From the IMG/VR virus record IMGVR_UViG_3300045136_000099: DNA of 47,636 nucleotides; one strand, given 5' to 3'. The position numbers were made by a program, and so were the translations under genes. The notes under the pieces were generated by a model, which saw nothing but the letters and a program-made list of their open reading frames with translations, was not told the origin of the DNA and searched no databases. Shown here in pieces: positions 10,861 to 19,618 of this stretch. Source of the stretch: a virus. The stretch's first letter is position 1. Each line of letters starts with the position of its first letter.

Positions 10861-13460
10861 TGGGTAGATACGTCAACGTAGTCCTTCCGTCCGGTCGCGT
10901 TGTCGCCGTGCCGGAGGAGGTAGCCCAGCAGGGCCAGCTCAATCGCGACACGCAGGCGGCGCTCGGCGAGCAGGAGAACGCGCGGCTAAACGCGGAACGG
11001 TCGGCCGGCATTGTCGAGGGCGCGAAGGCATTTGTCGAGGGCGCGGCTGACACCCTGTCGTTTGGCCTATTCGGCGCCGGTCGCGAGCTGCTCGATCCCG
11101 AGGGCGCCCGCACGATGCGGATTCGCGCCGAGGAGCGCGGCGGTGCACGGTTCCTCGGTGAAGCGGCTGCGCTGGCGGTTCCGGGCCTCGGTGAAGCCGG
11201 GGCTCTCGGTCGCGCCGGTCGAGTTGCCGAGTACACCGCGCCGGGCATTGCTCGCTCCGTTGGCCGCTCCATCGGTGGTCGCGCCGGCCAGTTCACCGAG
11301 GGCGCCATCCTCGGCACCGGCGGCTACATATCGTCGACCAACATCACCGGCGACCCGCTCACCATCGAGGCGGCGGTTGAGTCGGCCACCATCGGCGGTC
11401 TCCTGGAGGTTGGCTTCAACGTCGCGGCGAACAAGATCGAGGGCGTCACGTGGGGCATCAAGCGCAGCGCGGCCGAGCATCGCCGTATCGTCGAGATCGC
11501 CGGCACGGCCAAGCGGGCGAAGGAAGTCTTCACGGACACGCCGCCGAGCTGGAACGAATTCGTCGATCTCCACACGGCGCGCAAGAAGGCCGTCCAGGAC
11601 TTCAACAAGGAGGTCGCGCGCGAGGCGAAGAAGTACAACGACTTCTGGCAGAACAACACGAAGCTGACGGAAGCGATCGACTCGGCGCAGGAAGCCGTCA
11701 ACGCCGTCCGCAACGACGTGTACGCGAAGCAGGGTGGGCCGTTTGCCGGAACGCCCGAGACCGTGAAGTACCGCTTCAACAAGGCGGGCCAGGCCGAGAC
11801 CGTCGAACACGTCTACGAGCGCGGCCGGATCAAGTACGACTTCGATGGCAATCCGAACGCGCGCACCACCGTCACCGGCCCCGAGGGCGAGCAGATTCCG
11901 GGCGCGCAGGGTGCTCCTCGCGTCCGCCAGGTCATCTACGACGCCGACGGGCGGCCGGTGATTAGCAACGAGACGCTGGAGAAGCTGCGCGAGTACGAGC
12001 GGCGCATCAGCCGGGTCTACAAGATCAAGTCGGGCGGCTACCGCATCGACGAGAGCGGCCGGTGGATTCGCGACGCATCGGTGCCGCCGGATCCTCAGCG
12101 TGCGCTCGAGGAGCTGCGGGCCATCAAGCAGGATTTCATGGGTTGGCGCTCGAAGTACAGCGGCATTATTCATGAGCTGCCCACACCGCCACGCACCCCT
12201 CTAACCGAGATTCCGGGCGAGTTGCCTAAGTCCATCGAGGACTTCGCTCGGAAGCACATGGACCAGGTCAACGAGATCGCAAACAGCATCAACGACCCGC
12301 AAATGGCAACGGCGCTCGAGCGAGTGATGAAGGACCTGGATCTCCTCGACCCAACGACACCACGCAGTGCGGCCGAGAACCTCAGCGAGCTCCATCGAGT
12401 CTTGCGCGATTACCGCGACAAGATGAAGGAGTTCGCCGAGTACGAGGCGAAGGAGAAGGCGAAGGCCGAAGCGATGCCCGGCATCCTCAAGTGGATCCAC
12501 CGGGCGGCGCGCTACGTTGGCGGTCGCGCGGTCGACACCGGCGGCGCGATGGGTGCCTTCAAACGGCAGGTCGGTGGCACGGCGATCGTGAAGGGGATGA
12601 CGGCGGTCGAGGGCGCGGTCCTCGGCTACGGCGCGACGGGTGACGAGAAGGGCGCGGCGCTGGGTGCTGCCCTGATGTACGGCCGGCTCAGCCTCAAACA
12701 GCGCATTCAGAATCTCATCGGCAAGTACGGGGTGCTGACTGCTGGGTTGGCGCGCAAGCTGGCCTCACCGATGGCCTACCTGGCGACCTCGTTCCCTAGC
12801 GGCGAGAAGGACACCGAAACCGATCCGCGCAAGCTGGCGGTGAATCGCGCGTACGAGCTCCGGGCGGCGGCGATGGCTGCCCCCGATGCCGCGTTCCTGG
12901 CGGTGCAGGGGATGCTCGGGGCGGACGGCGACATCGCGTGGAAGATGCACCAGCACGTCGTCGGCACGCTCAACTACTTGGTGAGCACGCTGCCGAAGGA
13001 CCCGGGCACCGACATGAAGATGTTCGAGTCCAACTGGACGCCGCAGTACCACGAGACGGTTGCGCTGGCACACCGGCTCGAGGCAGTGCAGGACCCGCTA
13101 ACGGCAATCGCGCGGGCCATCGCCGGAGACAGCCACCCGGCGGCGACCGAAGCACTGTGGGCGGTGTACCCGTCGATCATGCAGGAGCTCGCACAGGAGC
13201 TCTCGATCGCGGCGCCGCACATGAAGAACCTGACCTACGAGCAGGCGAGTGCCTACTCGAATCTGTTCCGCACCCCGCTGACGGGTCTCCAGCAGCCGGT
13301 GGTGGTCATGACTATCCAGGGCCTCTACATGAAGGGGCCGCAGCAAGCAGCACCCCCACAAGGACCCGCTGGTGGTGGAGCTTCTAAGAAGGCCGTGGGA
13401 CGACCCCCGGCCGTACAGTCGCCAGTTGCGGGCAGCAACGTGGCGAATCTCACGCAGTAA
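10860..13460 (+). CDS. Large internal-virion/ejection-like protein (866 aa)
   Basis: GTG start overlapping the upstream TAG (cagTAGTGggt). Long ORF, assigned by position. Confidence 0.5.
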   Translation: MGRYVNVVLPSGRVVAVPEEVAQQGQLNRDTQAALGEQENARLNAERSAGIVEGAKAFVEGAADTLSFGLFGAGRELLDPEGARTMRIRAEERGGARFLGEAAALAVPGLGEAGALGRAGRVAEYTAPGIARSVGRSIGGRAGQFTEGAILGTGGYISSTNITGDPLTIEAAVESATIGGLLEVGFNVAANKIEGVTWGIKRSAAEHRRIVEIAGTAKRAKEVFTDTPPSWNEFVDLHTARKKAVQDFNKEVAREAKKYNDFWQNNTKLTEAIDSAQEAVNAVRNDVYAKQGGPFAGTPETVKYRFNKAGQAETVEHVYERGRIKYDFDGNPNARTTVTGPEGEQIPGAQGAPRVRQVIYDADGRPVISNETLEKLREYERRISRVYKIKSGGYRIDESGRWIRDASVPPDPQRALEELRAIKQDFMGWRSKYSGIIHELPTPPRTPLTEIPGELPKSIEDFARKHMDQVNEIANSINDPQMATALERVMKDLDLLDPTTPRSAAENLSELHRVLRDYRDKMKEFAEYEAKEKAKAEAMPGILKWIHRAARYVGGRAVDTGGAMGAFKRQVGGTAIVKGMTAVEGAVLGYGATGDEKGAALGAALMYGRLSLKQRIQNLIGKYGVLTAGLARKLASPMAYLATSFPSGEKDTETDPRKLAVNRAYELRAAAMAAPDAAFLAVQGMLGADGDIAWKMHQHVVGTLNYLVSTLPKDPGTDMKMFESNWTPQYHETVALAHRLEAVQDPLTAIARAIAGDSHPAATEALWAVYPSIMQELAQELSIAAPHMKNLTYEQASAYSNLFRTPLTGLQQPVVVMTIQGLYMKGPQQAAPPQGPAGGGASKKAVGRPPAVQSPVAGSNVANLTQ

Positions 13461-13885
13461 TGGCACTTGAAGAAGTTGGTTACGTTGGCAAGAACGCCGC
13501 GAAGCTGATCAAACTCGCCGAGAACATCACGGCGGCGACCGCGGCTCCGTCGACGGCAGCTGACGGCATCGCCGTCTATCCGAAGGACCAGGTGTTCACG
13601 AGCGACAGCGGCCACTGCTACTCGTCGTCTCCGGCGCAGTGGTCAACGCTGCTCGTCGACATGGCCGGCACCACGCCGTCGTTTACGTTCAAGCTGTGGG
13701 GCTACTTGGCGAAGACGGACAAGTGGTACGAAATCAAAACGTTCGCGGCGATGACGGCGAACAAGGCGGAACTCGTGCAGGAGCTCGGGCATTACAATCG
13801 CCTGTACCTCCAAGCCACCGCTGTTAGCGGCACAACCCCCTCGGCGAACGCCTGGCTGGTGACCTCGCGCACCGTTAGCTACTAA
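13460..13885 (+). CDS. Hypothetical virion protein (141 aa)
   Basis: ORF with TAATG coupling at both ends. Confidence 0.55.
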   Translation: MALEEVGYVGKNAAKLIKLAENITAATAAPSTAADGIAVYPKDQVFTSDSGHCYSSSPAQWSTLLVDMAGTTPSFTFKLWGYLAKTDKWYEIKTFAAMTANKAELVQELGHYNRLYLQATAVSGTTPSANAWLVTSRTVSY

Positions 13886-14043
13886 TGACGGAAGCACTTA
13901 TCACGTTGGCTGCCGCGCTGGGCCAACTCGGTGTTGCGGCAGCGGCGTACAAGATCGCCGTCGAGGTGAAGCGGATGGTCACAGCCCTCAAGGAACGCGT
14001 CGACAATCACGAGGAGCGATTGACCAAGCTCGAGGACAAGTAA
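13885..14043 (+). CDS. Small single-TMD protein (52 aa), holin/antiholin candidate
   Basis: My translation is MTEALITLAAALGQLGVAAAAYKIAVEVKRMVTALKERVDNHEERLTKLEDK. TAATG at both ends. Lies directly upstream of the spanins. Confidence 0.4.
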   Translation: MTEALITLAAALGQLGVAAAAYKIAVEVKRMVTALKERVDNHEERLTKLEDK

Positions 14044-14333
14044 TGGGGTCCATGCCCTGGCTGCTGGGGGTGCTGATTGTTGTCGCGGGAGGGGTGTTCG
14101 CCGTGGTAAAATACTTGCGAGGGGCAGAGCAAAATCGCTCTGACCTGGGCGAGCGTGACGCGGCACTCGAGCTCGAGCGCCAGCGAAAGCGCCAAATGGA
14201 AGCGGCGGCTGCGGAAGCCCGCAAGGCACGCCGAGAGAGGCTGCATGAGATGGCTGCTGGTGCCGACTCTGACGGCATTGATCGCCTGCTTCGGGAGCTC
14301 ACCGAAGCCGAAGACGGTCCCAACGTCAATTGA
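14043..14333 (+). CDS. i-spanin (Rz-like)
   Basis: N-terminal TMD PWLLGVLIVVAGGVFAVV followed by a charged coiled-coil (ERQRKRQMEAAAAEARKARRERL). An o-spanin gene starts inside it. Confidence 0.65.
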   Translation: MGSMPWLLGVLIVVAGGVFAVVKYLRGAEQNRSDLGERDAALELERQRKRQMEAAAAEARKARRERLHEMAAGADSDGIDRLLRELTEAEDGPNVN

Positions 14334-14499
14334 TCCCTGTCAGGTACTCCGGCTGCGTAAGCCGCCACCGTTGCATTTCGCAAATGGCGCCCTACCTCTG
14401 GAGGACCGAAAGGCACTCCTGCTCTGGATAGCCGATGTCGAGGAGACTCGGATCGCTCTTGAAGGCTGTCCGCTGGTGCAGCTGGTCGACGACGAATGA
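14245..14499 (+). CDS. o-spanin (Rz1-like lipoprotein), overlapped architecture
   Basis: ATG at 14245 in the +1 frame inside the i-spanin gene, with GAGAGG 5 nt upstream. Signal plus lipobox MRWLLVPTLTALIAC, and a Pro-rich mature part. Extends beyond the i-spanin stop. Confidence 0.65.
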   Translation: MRWLLVPTLTALIACFGSSPKPKTVPTSIDPCQVLRLRKPPPLHFANGALPLEDRKALLLWIADVEETRIALEGCPLVQLVDDE

Positions 14500-15113
14500 A
14501 GACTGCACTTCTTACTCTCGCACTCACCGCCTGCATCTCCCCGGTCCCCACGCTTCCCAAGGTCGCGGAGGACGCAACGTACGAGCTCCACACGCCGAGC
14601 GGCCAGTGTACCGCCTGGGCCGTGGACGACCACCACCTCGTCACCGCCGGCCACTGCTGCGACGACGAGGGCTCGTATTTCGCGGCGCAGCCGGGGCGGT
14701 CACTCCTACCCGCAGAGGTCGTCATGGGCCTCGATGTCGACTACGAGGCGCAGGCCCCCGTCGATATCTGCTTGCTCAAGACGGAGGCTTTCCTGCCAGC
14801 ATCCCTCGTGCTCGCCGACAAGATGCCGCTGCCCGGCGATCCCGTCGGCTTCGTCGGATACCCAAACGGCAAGTGGACGCACAACAAGGGCGTGTACGTC
14901 GGCGACATCGACGGCCCGTTCCAGTTTTGGAACGACTACGTGGCGACGGCACCCTGCGGCCCCGGCGCTAGCGGCTCGGCAATGTACTCCGAGGACGGTG
15001 TCTACGGAGTGCTGGTGCGGATGGTATTCGTCGGCGACCGCGTGTACCCGGGGGACATTGGGTGCGTGGCCAGTCCGCTCTACCAGATCGAAGCGATTCT
15101 GACACTGCGCTAA
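14496..15113 (+). CDS. Lipoprotein with a trypsin-like (S1) serine peptidase domain
   Basis: Lipobox LALTAC. Catalytic-triad contexts TAGHC, DICLLK and GPGASGSAMY. ATGA overlap with the o-spanin stop. Confidence 0.7.
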   Translation: MKTALLTLALTACISPVPTLPKVAEDATYELHTPSGQCTAWAVDDHHLVTAGHCCDDEGSYFAAQPGRSLLPAEVVMGLDVDYEAQAPVDICLLKTEAFLPASLVLADKMPLPGDPVGFVGYPNGKWTHNKGVYVGDIDGPFQFWNDYVATAPCGPGASGSAMYSEDGVYGVLVRMVFVGDRVYPGDIGCVASPLYQIEAILTLR

Positions 15114-15596
15114 ATGGCAAACATAATGGCCGTCCGCTGGGGCCGCCTGTACGAAGGCACCCCGGCCGAGCTGGCCCTCGAAGACGCCGTGGCCGCTCTC
15201 GGCGTTCCGTACCGGACACAATTTCCGGGCTTCAAATACGGCGTCCGGGCGTTCCCCGACTTCTACCTCCCCACGCTCGGACTCGTGATTGAGGTCGACG
15301 ACCCCAGCCACGAGAAGCTCGAGAAGATGGAGGCCGACGCCGAACGAACCGCGACGCTCAACAAGGAGTGGGGCGTGCGCGTGGTTCGGTGCAAAAACGA
15401 AGAGGCGCTAAACGATCCGCACGGGACCGTTCAACGCCTCCTTCGTGAAGCCGGATTGTGGCCGCTGCCGGAGCGGCTCCCTAAGATTGCCGACGCACTG
15501 CCGAAGCTGAGGCGGGCGCCACAGCGAATCAAGCGCGAGGCCAAGATGGCGGCCCTTCGCGCGCAACGCAAAAAGAAGAAGAGGAAAGGAAGCTAA
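15114..15596 (+). CDS. DUF559/Vsr-like PD-(D/E)xK endonuclease-domain protein
   Basis: FPDFYLPTLGLVIEVDDPSHE...DAERTATLNKEWGVRVVRCKNEE matches the DUF559 pattern DF..(n)..vIEvDG..H...D..R...L...G..vlR. Confidence 0.55.
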   Translation: MANIMAVRWGRLYEGTPAELALEDAVAALGVPYRTQFPGFKYGVRAFPDFYLPTLGLVIEVDDPSHEKLEKMEADAERTATLNKEWGVRVVRCKNEEALNDPHGTVQRLLREAGLWPLPERLPKIADALPKLRRAPQRIKREAKMAALRAQRKKKKRKGS

Positions 15597-15787
15597 TGGA
15601 TCTCGATACGCTCTATCTCGTGGGCGCGATCGTCGCGGCATTCCTGGTCGGCGGCGTCACGGCCCTCCGCTCGGTCGCCCCGCTCACGGAGAACAAGATC
15701 GACGACAAGGCCCTCGAGCTCGGCGAGAAGTCGATGCCCGTGCTGGTCAAGGTGCTCGAGTTCTTCCGCGCTCGCGCCGCCAAGTAA
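15596..15787 (+). CDS. Small single-TMD protein (63 aa), holin candidate
   Basis: TMD LYLVGAIVAAFLVGGVTAL. TAATG coupling. Last gene of the + strand operon. Confidence 0.45.
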   Translation: MDLDTLYLVGAIVAAFLVGGVTALRSVAPLTENKIDDKALELGEKSMPVLVKVLEFFRARAAK

Positions 15788-15825
15788 CTATTCTTTCCGC
15801 TAACAGCCGTTAGTGGAAGGAATAG
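15788..15825 (+). terminator. 17-bp hairpin at the convergence point of the two operons
   Basis: CTATTCTTTCCGCTAAC-AGCC-GTTAGTGGAAGGAATAG. The two imperfect positions are G.U pairs only in + strand RNA. No U-tract follows. Confidence 0.5.
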
Positions 15826-15843
15826 CACCCCTACTTGCCTCGC

Positions 15844-16185
15844 TTACCCTCGGTGGCCTTCGTGGCTGCCGAGGGTTTTATTTTTGCGTATGTTCACGCG
15901 CTGCTCACTTTTAGTAGCCCATCGACAATTGCTTGGCTCGTAATTACCAAAAGGGTCGATTCGATCGAGCGTCATTCCATCTAGTCGTTCGCCCATGTCC
16001 GCCAGGAAGTTGTCGAAGGAGTCCCAGCGCTCGCAAACGCGGACACCGCGCCCGCCATATAGCGGGTAGTTCTCGTGCCTAGGGTTGCGGCAACGTTGCC
16101 GCATAGCCTGCCAACTTATGTACGTTGGTGTTCTGTTTCCGTTGCAGCCTCTATTTGGTTTCGATCGTGGACCTCTGCTTCCCAT
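15844..16185 (-). CDS. HNH homing-endonuclease-like protein (113 aa)
   Basis: YISWQAMRQRCRNP...YGGRGVRVCERW...LDRIDPFGNYEPSNCRWATKSEQ, a pattern common in phage HNH_3-type endonucleases. Terminal position in its operon. Confidence 0.7.
   Translation of the reverse strand: MGSRGPRSKPNRGCNGNRTPTYISWQAMRQRCRNPRHENYPLYGGRGVRVCERWDSFDNFLADMGERLDGMTLDRIDPFGNYEPSNCRWATKSEQRVNIRKNKTLGSHEGHRG
15846..15886 (+). terminator. Intrinsic terminator of the late (+) operon
   Basis: ACCCTCGGTGGCC-TTCGT-GGCTGCCGAGGGT stem (13 bp with two G.U pairs) followed by TTTTATTTTT. It overlaps the last codons of the - strand HNH ORF. Confidence 0.75.
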
Positions 16186-16585
16186 TCGCCTTCGGGCGCT
16201 TCTCTACAAGCGCATATGTATCGTCGGTAAATACAAATTCGCCGCGAGCCCGGCCCTTGTTCAGAGCCGAACGCCCGGCGAATCTCTCTGCCGGCTGAAC
16301 ACCCTGGAGGATGTCGCCGAATCCGCTGGGGCCGTTACGAGCCAGGAACCTCCGCACCCTCGCCGCTACCGTCTCGCTTGGCTTGGAAGGCGCAGTCGAT
16401 TCCGTACTTTCCGACGCGGACTCCGCAGCCCTCCTTCTTCGGCCGTTCTTTGGGCTTGTCGTCCGGGATTCCCTCGAGAACCTTTGCAGGGCCGCCCCCA
16501 GCATCCCCTCCGCTTCCGCTAGGTCCTCTCGGAGCTTCTTCACCCGCGTCGCCAGTGTCACCAGTTCGCTCAGCGTGTCCGTCAT
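16151..16585 (-). CDS. Hypothetical protein (144 aa from MTDTLSELV), possible winged-helix C-terminus
   Basis: Third-position GC rises in this frame from about 16590 downstream. It is the only ORF covering 16186-16334. It overlaps the tail of ORF 16335..17066 by about 250 nt, so the start is unresolved. Confidence 0.4.
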   Translation of the reverse strand: MTDTLSELVTLATRVKKLREDLAEAEGMLGAALQRFSRESRTTSPKNGRRRRAAESASESTESTAPSKPSETVAARVRRFLARNGPSGFGDILQGVQPAERFAGRSALNKGRARGEFVFTDDTYALVEKRPKANGKQRSTIETK

Positions 16586-17066
16586 CGGCGTCAAGGTAGA
16601 GCGAGATGATGTCCTGGTCAACGGGGAACAGGAAGCCATTAGCAGCTAGCGCGTCGAGCATCTCCTGGTCGGGGTCCCGCAGGTACAGCGCGTGAGGGAA
16701 GGGGTTGCTCGACGACTTCACACCCGGCGGTGGCTCGAAGTTGATCCGACGCGCGGGGAACCACACGTGCGTGCAGTGCGGGATCAACTCGGCGAACCAC
16801 TTCGTTGACGGGTCCCACCGAAGAAGGAAGCAGAACCGCGTGTGCCGCCAGTGCTTCACCCATTTGAGAACCTCGCCGTGGGCATACGGATACAGCCCGT
16901 CAGACCCTTCCTCGAGCATCAACCGACGCGACGCCCTTATGTGGCTGCGCGGATTGCTGCACGGATCGAGGTCGAACTTCCCCAGCAGGTCGGCCAGCCA
17001 TTTGGGCGTGCACCAGCTGTCGCGGCCCTCGCTCTTGCCGCTGCCGCCGGCCGGGTTGGCGCTCAC
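16335..17066 (-). CDS. Dam-like (phage N6-adenine methyltransferase family) protein lacking a clear (D/N)PPY motif
   Basis: DSWCTPKWLADLLGKFDLDPCSN and PSTKWF...ARRINFEPP resemble the phage Dam family. Where NPPY is expected it reads DGLYPYAHG. GTG start in a GTGA overlap with the endolysin stop. The C-terminal ~80 codons are low-complexity and overlap the next ORF. Confidence 0.45.
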   Translation of the reverse strand: MSANPAGGSGKSEGRDSWCTPKWLADLLGKFDLDPCSNPRSHIRASRRLMLEEGSDGLYPYAHGEVLKWVKHWRHTRFCFLLRWDPSTKWFAELIPHCTHVWFPARRINFEPPPGVKSSSNPFPHALYLRDPDQEMLDALAANGFLFPVDQDIISLYLDADDGHAERTGDTGDAGEEAPRGPSGSGGDAGGGPAKVLEGIPDDKPKERPKKEGCGVRVGKYGIDCAFQAKRDGSGEGAEVPGS

Positions 17067-17752
17067 CGCATGTACAATTCCGGGTTCACCGGAGCGTAAC
17101 GGTCGACCGGCGAGAGCTCGAAGTGGAGGTGCCGCGCGTCACCGTCCTTCGGGTTGTCGCCGATCAGGCCGAGCTCGTCGCCCGCGTCGACGATGTCACC
17201 GACCGACACAAACAGCGAGTCCAAATGGAAGTAGCCGCTGCGCCAGCCGTTACCGTGGTCGATCCAGCAGCGGTACCCCGTGCCGATCTTGCCGGCAATC
17301 TGCACACGACCCCCCGCAGCCGCGACGGCCGCGGTGCCGTACGGTACCACCCACTTGGGCTTACCATCGGGCGTACGACCAGCGCACCCCTTGTCCCCCA
17401 CGAAGTCCGGCTTATCACCTTCCTGCCAGCGGTAGAAGAGGTCCACGCCGTTGTGATCCGGGCGGCTCGGGTTGACGGACTTGAAGCCCGAGGTCACCAC
17501 CGCGCGGCGCCCACCCGGCAGCTCCGGCAGCGGGCAGTTGAGGAACCGCGTCGGACTGGCGACCGGCACAACGAGGCCGATCGTATGCTCCATCACCTTC
17601 TCGAGCTTCGCCATCGTCTTCGGCCCCGGCTTGCCGTCGACGAACAGGCCGTACGAGTCCTGGAAGTGCTCCACCAGCGCGACGATGTGCCGCGCCGTTA
17701 GCCGGCCTTCCTCGAGCTCGCGCCGAACGTATTCCTCAGCGGTCATCCCCAT
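17063..17752 (-). CDS. Endolysin: peptidoglycan-binding domain plus M23 (LytM-type) metallopeptidase
   Basis: DSYGLFVDGKPGPKTMAKL (PG_binding_1-like), HNGVDLF (HxxxD) and DARHLHFEL (HxH). AAGGAG lies 4 nt before the ATG at 17752. An alternative ATG is at 17746. Confidence 0.75.
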   Translation of the reverse strand: MGMTAEEYVRRELEEGRLTARHIVALVEHFQDSYGLFVDGKPGPKTMAKLEKVMEHTIGLVVPVASPTRFLNCPLPELPGGRRAVVTSGFKSVNPSRPDHNGVDLFYRWQEGDKPDFVGDKGCAGRTPDGKPKWVVPYGTAAVAAAGGRVQIAGKIGTGYRCWIDHGNGWRSGYFHLDSLFVSVGDIVDAGDELGLIGDNPKDGDARHLHFELSPVDRYAPVNPELYMR

Positions 17753-18141
17753 ATGACTCCTTTCGCTTTCGTGATGCCGGCGACGTACCTCCGAAGGTGG
17801 AAGTACGGCCGGTACATCGCGTCGGGTAGAAGGAGGAAGGGAGTGCGCTCCTCCTCCATTAGCAGGCTGTTTGGGATGTCCTCGACGAGTCCGACATAAG
17901 CCGGCTCGGCCATCGGAATCTTCATCAGGCTGAAGACATCCATGTGCGCGCCGAGAGTGGCGAGTTGGGGGTGCACGACCTGGAGACCCAACTGTTTGCC
18001 GTCCTCGAGCTCCAGCACCCCTAACTCGTACTTGTCGCGCGTGGTGATGATGCGCGTGCCGGCGGATAGTGGGGCCATGATGACCGCCACCTGGGGATTC
18101 CGATGGAACGGCGCCGGCAGCAGCTCAATCCACGACTTCAC
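17743..18141 (-). CDS. Hypothetical protein (132 aa)
   Basis: GTG start in a GTGA overlap with the RNA-ligase stop (GGTGCGTGAAGTCG). The rest of ORF 17743..18564 overlaps the ligase gene. Confidence 0.5.
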   Translation of the reverse strand: MKSWIELLPAPFHRNPQVAVIMAPLSAGTRIITTRDKYELGVLELEDGKQLGLQVVHPQLATLGAHMDVFSLMKIPMAEPAYVGLVEDIPNSLLMEEERTPFLLLPDAMYRPYFHLRRYVAGITKAKGVIWG

Positions 18142-19280
18142 GCACCCTTCCGCATGAGGTACTCCGCGCCGACGTACTTCGCCTTGCGACGGGGACCCTC
18201 GAGCGACTCGACGACAACGCCCTCGCGGATCTGGCTGTTGTCGAAGTACGACGGACCATCTGAGAGCAACCTCACGCCGTGTGAGCTGAACTTCAGCGGG
18301 TACCTTCCCGTGATGACCGGAACGGCCGGCAGGTCGCAGTCCGCCAGAACGCACTCGCGCTCGAACGGAATCAGCCATCCGCCATTTGGATGCTGTATGT
18401 CGAAGCACGCGAGACCGGGACCGTCCTCGGGCTTGCGGCCGTAGGTGAGGTCCTGGATCTTCCGCCCGCCGTAGGTGTAGCCGTACAGCTCGCCGTAGAA
18501 GACGTAGCCCTTGTAGTCCTTCGTCTTCTCCGCGAGGCGCATCCGCTCGGCCGCGTCCATCCACACGTCCTCGCCGTACCAGTGGTTGCCGTTACCGCCC
18601 TTGATCGTGCGGTGGCTGCCAACGACGAACTTCCAGCCGATGGGGATACCGAGGAAGCGACGGCGCACCCAACCGAAGCGGAAGTTGGTGCCGTGGATCT
18701 TCTCCGTGATGACGACCGGCTCATCCTCCTCGAACAGCCGTGGCAGCTTCTTCAAGCTGTCGACGGTGTAGACCGGGAACGGCTGCTTCTTCGGCTTCGA
18801 GCTCGGTGGCGTCGGGCCATTTGCGTCCGGCTCAGGCGCCCGGTAGTACGTCACGCCGAAGTGGTCGGCGCACCCCTCGCCAAAGGAGAGCTGCGATGGC
18901 GCGGGCACAAGCAGCCCTTGAGAGAACACGCCGCGCAGCCTCGCCGCCCTCAGCCGAAACACCTCCTTGCTCGCTCCGTCCGGCCGCTCCTTCAGGAACG
19001 CGAACGCCGAGTGGCTCGTCGGCAGGAGGCAGTCCACGCTGAAGTACGCCGCCAGATCCCCCGGGTTGTACTCGCCCTTCCGAACCACCACCTCGTAGGC
19101 CGTCTCGCCCGTCCCCGCCATCTCGAAGCGCGCGATCTCGAGTCGATCCGCGTTCGGGTGCGGAAGGATCCTCGTAATACGGACAATCTCGGCTGTGAAC
19201 TCCGTGTCCGTTCGCTGGCCACATGAATCCGCACTCGACGCAGAACCGAAAATCGATTTGAGCTTGCTCCACAGCTTCAC
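18138..19280 (-). CDS. ATP-dependent RNA ligase family protein with an N-terminal OB/tRNA-binding-like domain
   Basis: Nucleotidyl-transferase motifs ITEKIHGTN (KxxG), FYGELYG and RRKAKYVG. N-terminal ILPHPNADRLEIA is typical of the tRNA-binding OB fold. GTG start in a GTGA overlap with the MazG stop. Confidence 0.65.
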   Translation of the reverse strand: MKLWSKLKSIFGSASSADSCGQRTDTEFTAEIVRITRILPHPNADRLEIARFEMAGTGETAYEVVVRKGEYNPGDLAAYFSVDCLLPTSHSAFAFLKERPDGASKEVFRLRAARLRGVFSQGLLVPAPSQLSFGEGCADHFGVTYYRAPEPDANGPTPPSSKPKKQPFPVYTVDSLKKLPRLFEEDEPVVITEKIHGTNFRFGWVRRRFLGIPIGWKFVVGSHRTIKGGNGNHWYGEDVWMDAAERMRLAEKTKDYKGYVFYGELYGYTYGGRKIQDLTYGRKPEDGPGLACFDIQHPNGGWLIPFERECVLADCDLPAVPVITGRYPLKFSSHGVRLLSDGPSYFDNSQIREGVVVESLEGPRRKAKYVGAEYLMRKGA

Positions 19281-19618
19281 CGATCGTCCCCCGAACCGTG
19301 CAGCACCCCTCGCTCCTTGCGGTCGGCGAGCTTGCGCAAGTTCGTCTCGGCAACGTCCTGGAGATCGATGCCCCACTGACGCGCCACTTCGCTGAGGTAC
19401 CAGAGGGCGTCCCCCAGCTCCTTCTTGAGCGCGAGAGTCGTCTCGACGCGATCACCACGATCACGCCAGAACTTCTTGATCTTCTCAGCCACCTCGCCGG
19501 CCTCGCCATTTAGACCCAGCGCCGGGTAGAGCCCGGGCGGGAGGGGTGCCACTAGGCTGTCTCCCACCGGGTACGCCGCGAACGTTGCGGCCTTCGCCTG
19601 GTACTCGTTGAGCTTCAC
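19277..19618 (-). CDS. mazG: MazG-like nucleoside triphosphate pyrophosphohydrolase
   Basis: LNEYQ...LGLNGEAGEVAEKIKK...ELGDALWYL...NLRKLADRKERG. GTG start in a GTGA overlap with the polymerase stop. Confidence 0.7.
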   Translation of the reverse strand: MKLNEYQAKAATFAAYPVGDSLVAPLPPGLYPALGLNGEAGEVAEKIKKFWRDRGDRVETTLALKKELGDALWYLSEVARQWGIDLQDVAETNLRKLADRKERGVLHGSGDDR

